From contig NZ_LN831039.1 of assembly GCF_001457595.1 (NCBI RefSeq), positions 5,640,001 through 5,672,000 of the forward strand: a stretch of 32,000 bases of DNA, in the 5' to 3' direction. This document shows, one piece after another, positions 1 through 8,199 of this stretch. Source of the stretch: Mycolicibacterium smegmatis. Its GTDB lineage: Bacteria > Actinomycetota > Actinomycetes > Mycobacteriales > Mycobacteriaceae. The notes under the pieces were generated by a model, which saw only the letters and a list, made by a program, of their open reading frames with translations, was not told the DNA's origin and searched no databases. The first letter of the stretch is position 1. Each line of letters opens with the position of its first letter. The translations under genes and the position numbers were made by a program.

Positions 1-200
1 CGGGGATCACGCCGGTCGCACCGTCAGGTCCGGCGGTACCGGCCGGTCCACCGGGGATGGAGCCCGTTGCGCCGTCGGGTCCTGCGGCACCTCCCGGACC
101 ACCGGGGATGGCACCGCTGGCGCCGCCCGGTCCGGCCGTGCCACCCGGACCACCGGGGATCTGACCGGTCGCGCCGCCGGGACCGGCGGTGCCGATGTCC
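1..200. repeat. 51-bp tandem repeat inside the collagen-like CDS
   Basis: Units beginning CCACCGGGGAT start at 48, 99 and 150, plus a partial unit at the left edge; spacing is exactly 51 bp (17 codons). Confidence 0.85.
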
Positions 201-328
201 GAGCACGGTGTGCCGTCAGCGTTGACACACGGCGGCGGGGCCGGCTCGGCCATCGCCATGGGAGCAAAGGCCAGAGCCCCTGCCGCCGCGCCTGCAAAAA
301 TCATCGAGGTGAGCGTCTTTGAGGTCAT
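1..328 (-). CDS. Secreted collagen-like (Gly-X-Y) repeat protein, C-terminus beyond the left edge
   Basis: Minus-strand reading from ATG at 328 gives MTSKTLTSMIFAGAAAGALAFAPMAMAEPAPPPCVNADGTPCSDIGTAGPGGATGQIPGGPGGTAGPGGASGAIPGGPGGAAGPDGATGSIPGG...; signal peptide followed by 17-aa Gly/Pro-rich repeats. In-frame TAG upstream of the start. Absent from the ORF track because it has no stop inside the window. Confidence 0.8.
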   Translation of the reverse strand, partial: MTSKTLTSMIFAGAAAGALAFAPMAMAEPAPPPCVNADGTPCSDIGTAGPGGATGQIPGGPGGTAGPGGASGAIPGGPGGAAGPDGATGSIPGGPAGTAGPDGATGVIP

Positions 329-378
329 GCATGAGGTCTACCCAGCCTTCACGCATGTCGAAACGCACAACAGGCGAA

Positions 379-1128
379 CTATGCGAAGCGCTTGGTGTAC
401 TTAGGTGGCAACAGCCGCATGACCTGGGTCAGCGGCGCCCACGGCCAGCGCGGCACGACGGCGCGCCCCTTCTCCTTCTCGATGGCCTCGACCATGGCGC
501 GCACGCCGGTCTCGTTGTCGACCATGAGCATCGTCGAGTTGGCCTTGGCCGTCATCTCGGATTCGATGTACCCCGGTTCGACGACCGTGACCCTGATGGG
601 GCCCTTGTCGTACTCCGCGCGCAGGGACTCGCCCAGCGACGTCATACCGGCCTTGCTCGCACAGTAGGCGGCCTTGCCGCCGGGGACACCCGTGTTGCCC
701 AGCACCGAGGAGATCAGCACCAGGTGTCCACCGCCTGCCTTCTTGAACATCTCCAGTGCGGCCTCGATCTGCACCAGACCGGCGACCAGGTTGGTCTCGA
801 GCGTGGCCTTGTTGGCCCACGGCTTGCCCTCGCCCAGCGGCCAGCCCTTGCCGATGCCCGCGTTGACGATGACGCGGTCGATACCGCCGAGTTCCTCGGA
901 CAGTTCGTTGAACACCCGGGGCACGGCCTCGTGATCGTTGACGTCCAGCGCGGCGATGGCCACCTTGATGTACGGGTGTCGGTCGGCGATCTCGGCCTTG
1001 AGCTCCTCCAGACGATCCGTGCGGCGCGCGCACAGCGCCAGGTTGCGGCCTCTGGCTGCGAATTGACGGGCCATACCGGCGCCCAGGCCTGAGCTGGCAC
1101 CGGTGATGAGGATGTTCTGACGGGTCAC
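379..1128 (-). CDS. Short-chain dehydrogenase/reductase (SDR) family oxidoreductase
   Basis: MTRQNILITGASSGLGAGMARQFAARG... NAD(P)-binding TGxxxGxG, YCASKAG catalytic YxxxK. Confidence 0.9.
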   Translation of the reverse strand: MTRQNILITGASSGLGAGMARQFAARGRNLALCARRTDRLEELKAEIADRHPYIKVAIAALDVNDHEAVPRVFNELSEELGGIDRVIVNAGIGKGWPLGEGKPWANKATLETNLVAGLVQIEAALEMFKKAGGGHLVLISSVLGNTGVPGGKAAYCASKAGMTSLGESLRAEYDKGPIRVTVVEPGYIESEMTAKANSTMLMVDNETGVRAMVEAIEKEKGRAVVPRWPWAPLTQVMRLLPPKYTKRFA

Positions 1129-1172
1129 CGCAGCAGGATAACCGGGTTAGACAACTGTCAAGAATCCGCCCG

Positions 1173-2039
1173 CTATTTGAGCAGGCGCGACATCCGCCGG
1201 TCGGCCAGCACCTTACCGCCGGTCTGGCAGGTCGGGCAGTACTGGAAGGACTTGTCGGCGAACGAGACCTCCCGCACGGTGTCGCCGCACACCGGGCACG
1301 GCAGGCCGGTGCGCGCGTGGACCCGTAGGCCCGAGCGTTTCTCGCCCTTCAACGTCGCGGCCTGCTGCCCCACCGAGCGGCTCACGGCATCGGTGAGCAC
1401 CGTGATCATGGCGTCGTGCAGCGCACCGAGTTGCGCATCGGTGAGCTTGCCCGCGGTCGCGAACGGCGACAGCTTGGCCACGTGCAGGATCTCGTCACTG
1501 TAGGCGTTGCCGATGCCCGCCATCACCTTCTGGTCGGTGATCACGGTCTTGATGCGCCCGGAGTTGCCCGCGAGCACCCCGGCCAGGGCCGTCGAATCCA
1601 GCGACAGCGCGTCGGGACCGAGACTCGCGATCTGCGGGACGTCCATCGGATCGCGGACCACCCACACCGCGAGCCGCTTCTGCGTGCCCGCCTCGGTGAG
1701 GTCGAAGCCCTGGGAGTCCCCCAAATGCACGCGCAGGGCGATCGGCCCCTTCCCCGGCTTGAGCGGCGTGGGTGCGAGTTTGTCCGACCACCGCAGCCAC
1801 CCCGCGCGTGACAGGTGCGTGATGAGGTGCAGCGGCGCGCCGCCGGATTCGACTTCCATACCGAGGTACTTGCCCCAGCGATGGGCCGCCGTGACGGTGC
1901 TGCCGTGCAGCGCCGCGACCGGCGGATCGAACGTCTTGAGCACCGACAACGCGGACACGTCGACGCGTGACACCACCCGGCCGACCGCGTGCCGGCGCAG
2001 GTGATCGGCCAGTGCCTCGACCTCGGGCAGTTCGGGCAT
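1173..2039 (-). CDS. Formamidopyrimidine-DNA glycosylase / endonuclease VIII (Fpg/Nei) family protein
   Basis: Starts MPELPEVEALADHL; C-terminal zinc finger CPVCGDTVREVSFADKSFQYCPTCQ. The track ORF 1173..2819 is over-extended; MPELPEVE begins at ATG 2039. Confidence 0.92.
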   Translation of the reverse strand: MPELPEVEALADHLRRHAVGRVVSRVDVSALSVLKTFDPPVAALHGSTVTAAHRWGKYLGMEVESGGAPLHLITHLSRAGWLRWSDKLAPTPLKPGKGPIALRVHLGDSQGFDLTEAGTQKRLAVWVVRDPMDVPQIASLGPDALSLDSTALAGVLAGNSGRIKTVITDQKVMAGIGNAYSDEILHVAKLSPFATAGKLTDAQLGALHDAMITVLTDAVSRSVGQQAATLKGEKRSGLRVHARTGLPCPVCGDTVREVSFADKSFQYCPTCQTGGKVLADRRMSRLLK

Positions 2040-2069
2040 GCCTTCCAGTGTGTCAGCCGAACGCCGACC

Positions 2070-3830
2070 ATGCTGGTAACCATGTCCGAACGGCACGCGC
2101 CGGAACCCGTCGGTAATCCCCTGCGCGGCATCTTCGTGGTCAACCGGGTCGCGGGGCGCTGGCCGTTCGCGCTGCGTGCGGCGATCTGCATGGCGGTGCC
2201 GGTGCTGGTCGGCTGGTCGGCCGGGAACACGTCCGCCGGCCTGATCGCCACCATCGGCGGGTTCACGTCGCTCTACGGCAGCGGACGGCCCTACCTCAAT
2301 CGCGGTGTGTTCCTCGGCGGCGTGGCGGTGACGTTCGCGGTGGTGGTGGCCCTCGGCGACTGGGCGTCGCGGCACGTGTGGCTCGGCGTGGCCACAGTGA
2401 CCGTGATCGCGATGGTCACGGTGCTGGTGTGCCACGCGTTGTCGGTCGGGCCGCCAGGGGCGTACATGTTCGTGCTGGCCTGCGCGGCGGGGACCGGCGC
2501 GCCCGGCACCGCCGACCTGGGCCCGGTGCGGATGGCGTTGCTGGTGCTCGCGGGTGGATCGTTCGCGTGGTGCGTGCACATGCTGGGTGCCCTGATCCGC
2601 CCGCGCGGTCCGGAGAGGGCCGCGGTGCGCGACGCCGCGCTGGCGATCGCCGAGTACATCGACAGCATCGGCGGCGACGCGAATGCCGAAGGGCAGGCCC
2701 GCCACCGCGCGGCCACGCTGCTGCACACCGCATGGGTGACGCTCGTGACGTTCCAGCCCGTGCAACCGAAACCCGATCAGGCGCTGTACCGGCTGCGGGT
2801 GGTCAACCGGCGGTTGCATGTGCTTTTAGCCGACGCGATGCGCGCCGCCGACGCAGGCACCGCTCCCCCACCCGGCGGTGCCGCGTTCGCCCGCGAACTC
2901 GCGGCCATCCCCCCGCTCACCGATGAGCATGGCGCTGAAGGCGTTCCGCTCGGCAGGCCCGGCGCGGGCCAACTGCTGCGCCAGGCGCTGCGCCCGGGGT
3001 CGATGTCGCTGCGACTGGCCGCGAGAGTCGCTGTGGCCGTGGCGATCTCAGGGGCCATCGCGGTCGGGTTCGCCGAGGCGCTCGCGATCGACCGCGCCTA
3101 CTGGGCGATGGCCGCGGCAGTGCTCATGCTGCACCAGGGTTTCGCGTGGGTGCGCACCGTGACCCGCAGCGTCGAACGCATGGTGGGCACATGGCTGGGC
3201 CTCGGTGTCGCGGGCGCGATCCTCGCGGTGCATCCGCAGGGCGTCTGGCTCGCGCTGACCATCGGGGTGCTGCAGTTCGTCATCGAGATGTACGTGGTGC
3301 GCAACTACACCCTGGCCGTCGTGTTCATCACCCCGGCCGCGCTGACCATCTCGTCCGGCGGTGCGGCGATCACCGATCTCGGTGCGCTCCTGTGGGCCCG
3401 CGGTGTGGACACGCTGATCGGTTGTGCGGTGGCGCTTCTCGCCTACCGGGCGACGCAGCGAATGCGCGCCCCGACGGCATTGTCGACGGCGATCACGCGG
3501 ACCCTCGACGCGGTCGACGCGACCCTGCCCCACCTCGGCGCCGGCGCGGCGACCACCGGTGCGGCCCGCACCCACCGCCGCGACCTCCACGTGCGCGCGA
3601 TGGCGCTGCTGCCGTCATACGACGCCGCGGTCGGCGGTTCGGCCGCCCAACGGCGCGCGGCAGAACGGTTGTGGCCCACGGTCGTCGCCGCCGAGCAGCT
3701 GGCGTACCGCACGCTGGCGGCGTGCTGGGCACTCGAACGCGACGGCGACGTCGACGCGGCGCGCGACACTGCCGACGCACTGGCCGAGCAGGCCTCAGAC
3801 GTTCGCGGCCGCCTTGACGAGGGACAGTAG
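2070..3830 (+). CDS. FUSC-family / aromatic acid exporter-like integral membrane protein
   Basis: Two hydrophobic multi-TM blocks (RAAICMAVPVLVGWSAGNTSAGLIATIGG...; RVAVAVAISGAIAVGFAEALAIDRAYWAMAAAVLMLHQGFAWVRTVTRSVERMVGTWLGLGVAG...) typical of the FUSC architecture. Start could be ATG 2070 or 2082. Confidence 0.8.
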   Translation: MLVTMSERHAPEPVGNPLRGIFVVNRVAGRWPFALRAAICMAVPVLVGWSAGNTSAGLIATIGGFTSLYGSGRPYLNRGVFLGGVAVTFAVVVALGDWASRHVWLGVATVTVIAMVTVLVCHALSVGPPGAYMFVLACAAGTGAPGTADLGPVRMALLVLAGGSFAWCVHMLGALIRPRGPERAAVRDAALAIAEYIDSIGGDANAEGQARHRAATLLHTAWVTLVTFQPVQPKPDQALYRLRVVNRRLHVLLADAMRAADAGTAPPPGGAAFARELAAIPPLTDEHGAEGVPLGRPGAGQLLRQALRPGSMSLRLAARVAVAVAISGAIAVGFAEALAIDRAYWAMAAAVLMLHQGFAWVRTVTRSVERMVGTWLGLGVAGAILAVHPQGVWLALTIGVLQFVIEMYVVRNYTLAVVFITPAALTISSGGAAITDLGALLWARGVDTLIGCAVALLAYRATQRMRAPTALSTAITRTLDAVDATLPHLGAGAATTGAARTHRRDLHVRAMALLPSYDAAVGGSAAQRRAAERLWPTVVAAEQLAYRTLAACWALERDGDVDAARDTADALAEQASDVRGRLDEGQ

Positions 3831-4184
3831 CCAACTGACGACCGACAGCACGATGGCCGCCCAGATCGCGGTCCACCAGAAGTCGTCGATGTGCAGACCC
3901 CAGTGCGTGGTGTGGTCGGTGATCTGCGACGTGATCCACAGCATCAGCGCGTTGATGACGATGTGGAACAGTCCGAGCGTGAGGATGTAGAGCGGGATCG
4001 ACAGGATCTGCACGATCGGCTTGATGATCGCGTTGACCAACCCGAAGATCACCGCGACCACGAAGATGATGCCGACCCGTGTCAGCGTCGAGTCACCACC
4101 GACGAAGCTCATCCCCGGGACGATGAGAGTGACCACCCAGAGCGCGAATCCGGTCAGTGCGGCGCGCAACAGAAATGAGCTCAT
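3795..4184 (-). CDS. Phage holin family / YvlD-like small membrane protein
   Basis: 129 aa with four hydrophobic segments; GLVNAIIKPIVQILSIPLYILTLGLFHIVINALML is characteristic of this family. Confidence 0.85.
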   Translation of the reverse strand: MSSFLLRAALTGFALWVVTLIVPGMSFVGGDSTLTRVGIIFVVAVIFGLVNAIIKPIVQILSIPLYILTLGLFHIVINALMLWITSQITDHTTHWGLHIDDFWWTAIWAAIVLSVVSWLLSLVKAAANV

Positions 4185-4190
4185 GATGGC

Positions 4191-4931
4191 TCAGTCTGCC
4201 GAGCGCAGCAGGTAGGTGTCCATGATCCAGCCGTGGCGTGTCCTGGCCTCGGCGCGCATGCGCACGATGTCCTCTGCCACGTCGCCGACCGTGCCGGCCA
4301 CCAAAAGTTCGTCGGGCGTGCCCAGATAGGCGCCCCACCAGATCCGCGTGCGCGGATCGCACGTGCGGAACGAGCAGTCCGCGTCGAGCATCACCACGGC
4401 GCTGCCGGTCAGGCCGTGCTCGCGAAGGCGCCGGCCGGTGGTGATCAGGACCGGTTCGCCGACGTCGTTGAGCGGGATGCGGTGACGCGCCGTGAGTGCC
4501 TGGATCGCGGTCACACCGGGAATCACGTCGTAGTCGAATTCGACGTGCTCGCCGACCATCTCGAGGATGCGCAGGGTGCTGTCGTACAGCGACGGGTCGC
4601 CCCACGCCAGGAACGCGCCCACGCCGTCGGGTCCGAGTTCGCTCTCGATCGCGCGCGCCCAGATGCGTGCGCGTTCGGCATGCCAGTCCGCGACGATCTG
4701 CCGGTAGTCACCATCTTCGGCCCGTTTCGGGTCGGCGAGTTCGACGAAGCGGTAACGGGCCTCGGTGATGAACCGCTCGCAGATCAACCGCCGCAGCGCC
4801 ACCAGTTCGTCCTTCGATTGGCCCTTGTCCATGGCGAAGAACACCTCGGTGTCGTTGAGCGCGGCGACGGCCTGCGCGGTGACGTAGTCCGGATCTCCGG
4901 CTCCGATACCGATGACGTGGATGCGACGCAC
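4191..4931 (-). CDS. cobF: Precorrin-6A synthase (deacetylating)
   Basis: RRIHVIGIGAGDPDYVTAQAVAALNDTEVFFAMDKGQSKDELVALRR...; tetrapyrrole methylase fold. GTG start at 4931. Confidence 0.88.
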   Translation of the reverse strand: MRRIHVIGIGAGDPDYVTAQAVAALNDTEVFFAMDKGQSKDELVALRRLICERFITEARYRFVELADPKRAEDGDYRQIVADWHAERARIWARAIESELGPDGVGAFLAWGDPSLYDSTLRILEMVGEHVEFDYDVIPGVTAIQALTARHRIPLNDVGEPVLITTGRRLREHGLTGSAVVMLDADCSFRTCDPRTRIWWGAYLGTPDELLVAGTVGDVAEDIVRMRAEARTRHGWIMDTYLLRSAD

Positions 4932-4988
4932 ACGCGAAGGCTAACGACCCGACCGTCGTTACCCCAAGTACCCGGTACCGCTGGTATT

Positions 4989-5017
4989 GACTTGTCGATC
5001 TTCCTTGCCTACCTTCG
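4989..5017 (+). promoter_or_regulatory. Candidate housekeeping promoter for the AurF-like gene
   Basis: TTGACT - 17 nt - TACCTT upstream of GTG 5049, which has a GAAGGGA Shine-Dalgarno-like sequence. Confidence 0.4.
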
Positions 5018-5048
5018 AAGTAGGAACCCGACGAAGGGAACGTCAACG

Positions 5049-6278
5049 GTGACCACTTCGGTTCGATCTGCCGCCACCCGCGATGAGTACGCCGAACGCC
5101 TGCTGAAGGGCTCGGTGAAGAGGTCTTATGCCCCGGTCGTCGACATCGAATGGGACACGCCGCTGGAGCCCGACAAGTTCTTCCTGCCGCCCAAGCTCGT
5201 GTCGCTGTACGGAACACCGTTGTGGGAGAGCATGTCCCGCGAACAGCAGATCGAACTGTCGCGCCAGGAGCTGGCCAACACCCTGTCGGCGGGCATCTGG
5301 TTCGAGAACATCCTCAACCAGGCGCTGTTGCGCAAGATGATGCACCAGGACCCGACGGCCCGCGCGACGCACTACGAGCTCACCGAACTCGGCGACGAGA
5401 CCCGGCACATGGTGATGTTCGGCCGGGCCATCGAGCGCATAGGCGCCAAACCGGTCCGCCCGCGGCTGTACCAGCGCATGATCATCAACACGCTGCCGTT
5501 CTTCTTCCGCGGTTCGGTGTTGTGGGTGGCCGCGCTGATCGGCGAGGAGATCTTCGATTCACTGCAGCGGCAGATGATGGACGATCCCGAACTCCAGCCG
5601 TTCGTGCAGCGGGTCATGCGCATCCACGTCACCGAGGAAGCGCGGCACATCCAGTTCGCGCGCGACGGCCTGCGCAAGCGCACGTCGGACATGGGGTGGC
5701 CCACGCGCGTGTGGGTGAGCAACCTCAACGGCCTCGGCGGCCTGTTCTTCCGCCACCTGTTCAGCCACCCGATCCAGTACCGGCGCGCAGGCCTCGACGG
5801 CCGCGCGGGCCGGCGCCTCGCCAGGGCCAGCGCACACCGCCATGAGGTGCAGGTCGCCGGGTTCGCCCCGCTTGCGGCGTTCCTCGAGGAGGTCGGCCTG
5901 ATGGGCCGCATCGGGCGACGGATGTGGCGGCGCTCCGGATTCCTGCCGCAGGACCACACCCCCACCGTGCGTCACCGCGGCATCGCCGCGGGGACCGAAC
6001 CCGCGATCGACGAGGACGTGTACGACGGCTTCGCGGTCCTCGACAACGGCGATCGTGACAGCCGGGTCCGTGTCCGTCTGACCGGCCACCTCGACCCGAT
6101 CGACGGCCGGTACCACTGGCAGGGCTCGATACTCGACGCCGACATGGTCGCGGGCACCGGGCCCGTGCGGTTGACCATCGGGCAGCGCAGTGCCGACGCG
6201 CGCATCGTCGAACGCACGGCCCAGAGCACGTACACCATCGCCGGTGTCGGCGAACCCCCGTTCACGCTCGCCGAGTAA
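5049..6278 (+). CDS. AurF-like diiron oxygenase with extra C-terminal domain (probable DUF4873)
   Basis: VTTSVRSAATRDEYAERLLKGSVKRSYAPVVDIEWDTPLEPDKF..., with ExxxH-type metal ligands (GDETRHMVMF, GEEIFD, HVTEEARHIQFARDG); C-terminal VYDGFAVLDNGDRDSRVRVRLTGHLDPIDGRYHWQGSILD. The track ORF from 4233 is over-extended. Confidence 0.85.
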   Translation: MTTSVRSAATRDEYAERLLKGSVKRSYAPVVDIEWDTPLEPDKFFLPPKLVSLYGTPLWESMSREQQIELSRQELANTLSAGIWFENILNQALLRKMMHQDPTARATHYELTELGDETRHMVMFGRAIERIGAKPVRPRLYQRMIINTLPFFFRGSVLWVAALIGEEIFDSLQRQMMDDPELQPFVQRVMRIHVTEEARHIQFARDGLRKRTSDMGWPTRVWVSNLNGLGGLFFRHLFSHPIQYRRAGLDGRAGRRLARASAHRHEVQVAGFAPLAAFLEEVGLMGRIGRRMWRRSGFLPQDHTPTVRHRGIAAGTEPAIDEDVYDGFAVLDNGDRDSRVRVRLTGHLDPIDGRYHWQGSILDADMVAGTGPVRLTIGQRSADARIVERTAQSTYTIAGVGEPPFTLAE

Positions 6279-6347
6279 GAGCGCAACGCCCGAGCGCTAC
6301 CACCTGCGTCATCACTCCCGCGGTTTCAGGGATTGCCCGTCGGCGAC

Positions 6348-6372
6348 GTTTCCTGCGCGCATACTTGGGTAA
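6348..6372 (+). promoter_or_regulatory. Candidate SigF-type promoter for the CheB/STAS/CheR-like operon
   Basis: GTTT (6348-6351), 15-nt spacer, GGGTAA (6367-6372); fits the mycobacterial SigF consensus GTTT-N15-17-GGGTA and lies 21 nt before ATG 6394. Confidence 0.65.
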
Positions 6373-6393
6373 CAAGAGCCCGCGGGGGGCGAT

Positions 6394-7407
6394 ATGACAA
6401 ATTTCGATTCAAAGCACGGGGTGGTCGCGATCGGCGCATCGGCCGGTGGTGTGGAAGCGTTGACTCGGTTGGCTGCCAACCTGTCTCGCGATCTTTCCTA
6501 TGCCGTCGTGGTAGTCCTCCACATGCCTGCCAATGCACCCAGCGTGCTGGCCAGAATTCTCGATCGCGCAGGGCCACTCCCGGCGGTCACCGCTGTCGAC
6601 GGCGCCTCCCTGGAGGCAGGCACGATCCACGTCGCCCGGCCCGGCCGCCACCTGATGGTGCACGACGGACACGTCGTGCTCAGCGAAGGACCCACCGAGA
6701 ACGGGCACCGTCCCGCGGTGAATGCACTTTTCCGATCGGTCGCGCTGGCGTAGGGCCCACGTGTGATCGGCGTCCTGTTGTCGGGGGTGCTCGACGACGG
6801 TGTTCTCGGTGCCGCGGCCATCAAGAGACGCGGCGGGCTGGTGATCGCGCAGTCGCCGACAGACGCGCTGTTCCCCGCGATGCCGACGAACGCCATGCAT
6901 GCCGGGGTGGTCGACCATGTTGCGGACGCGGCCGACATGGGTGGGCTGATAAAGCAGCTGAGCGAGCGGACGATCGAGGAGCGCGACATGGAGCCCGACG
7001 ATTCCATGGAACTGGAGAACCGCATCGCCATGGCCGGCAGGTTCTCGACCGATTTCGATTCCGAGGCGCTCGGTCCCCCCTCCGGTTACATCTGCCCGGA
7101 CTGCAACGGGTCACTGTCGACCGTCAGCGAGGGCAACTTCCGCTGCCGCGTGGGGCACGCCTGGACCGCGGACGCGCTGCTGCGGGCGCGGGACCAGGAG
7201 GTCGAGGGCGCGCTGTGGGTCGCGCTGCGCAGCCTGGAGGAGAAGGCGAAGCTGTCGAGGAAGCTCGCGGAGAAGGCCGGCGCAGGGCTGATGGCGCGGC
7301 GGTATGAAGAACTCGCCACAGAGGCCGAGCACGCGGTGTCGGTGCTCAGTGAACGGCTGGCGGAGGTGGGCAGGCAAGTGGGGGACCTCGGTGACCAGAT
7401 CACGTAG
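6394..7407 (+). pseudogene. CheB-type methylesterase domain protein with C-terminal zinc-ribbon-like segment, interrupted by in-frame TAG at 6751-6753
   Basis: Part 1 (6394..6753) GVVAIGASAGGVEALTRL...VVVLHMPANAP...RPAVNALFRSVALA*; same frame resumes GPRVIGVLLSGVLDDGVLGAAAIKRRGG...SGYICPDCNGSLSTVSEGNFRCRVGHAW. Both halves lie in one frame. No receiver domain. Confidence 0.85.
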
Positions 7408-8152
7408 TCCGATCACCATCTCGGTCACCTCCCGCGGCGAGATCACCCTGCTGACCGTCGACGGTGTCCTGGACAGCACCACGTACCGCGAAGTGCGCGA
7501 CACGGTGATCAAAGCCGCGTTGTCCGAACCGCGCGCGGTGGTGGTCAACGTCAGCAGGCTCGTGGTCCCCACCGAAACGGCGTGGTCGGTGTTCACCAGC
7601 GCCCGGTGGCACGTGTGCGTGTGGCCGGATGTCCCGGTGTTGCTCGTATGCGATCATCAGCAGGGTCGTGCCTCCCTATGGCGCAACGGAATTCAACGCT
7701 ACGTTCCGGTGTGCTCGACACTGGACGAGGCGTGCGCGACGGTGCTCGCCGATCGCATGAGCCCACTGCGCCGCCGAGCGCGCGCGCATCTGCCCGCCGT
7801 GCACTCCAGTGTTCGACGGTCGCGGGAATTGGTCACCGACTGGCTGCTCAACTGGTCGCTGACCAAATACATCCCGGTGACCTGCGTGGTCACCGACGCC
7901 CTGGTGGAGAACGTCCTGGAGCACACCCTGAGCGCGCCGAAGATCATGCTCGAGAACCGAGGTGACACCGTCAGCATCGCCGTGGAGGACGAGAGCCCGG
8001 CACCGGCGGTACGTCACGAGGATCCCTACCGTGGCGGCGGCAGGTTGTCGGGCCTGGCCCTGGTGGCCAGCATCGCCCGGTCCTGGGGTTGCACACCGAC
8101 CACGACCGGAAAAACGGTTTGGGCGCTGATCGGTCCCGAGAGTTGCTTCTGA
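7391..8152 (+). CDS. STAS-like domain plus HATPase_c (RsbW-like) fusion protein
   Basis: ISVTSRGEITLLTVDGVLDSTTYREVRDTVIKAALSEPRAVVVNVSRL (STAS-like), then VTDALVENVLEHT (N-box-like) and GGGRLSGLALVASIARSWG (G-box-like). GTG 7391 overlaps the cheB-like 3' end. Confidence 0.75.
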   Translation: MTRSRSPITISVTSRGEITLLTVDGVLDSTTYREVRDTVIKAALSEPRAVVVNVSRLVVPTETAWSVFTSARWHVCVWPDVPVLLVCDHQQGRASLWRNGIQRYVPVCSTLDEACATVLADRMSPLRRRARAHLPAVHSSVRRSRELVTDWLLNWSLTKYIPVTCVVTDALVENVLEHTLSAPKIMLENRGDTVSIAVEDESPAPAVRHEDPYRGGGRLSGLALVASIARSWGCTPTTTGKTVWALIGPESCF

Positions 8153-8199
8153 CCGCTAGTAAGGTCACAGTCGCGACACACCGCGGGCGATGGGATGAG

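Noticed and set aside
2040-2819. Upstream part of the 548-aa ORF 1173..2819
   Set aside because: Antisense to the FUSC gene. The real protein starts MPELPEVE at 2039.
4233-5048. Upstream part of the 681-aa ORF 4233..6278
   Set aside because: Antisense to cobF; the AurF-like protein has a plausible GTG 5049 with a Shine-Dalgarno.
5780-5870. Arg-rich stretch RRAGLDGRAGRRLARASAHRHEVQVAGF suspected of a compensated frameshift
   Set aside because: Compatible with the AurF-family pattern (AGLD...R.A..NPH...V..AGFA.L..FL) as it stands; no frame change needed.
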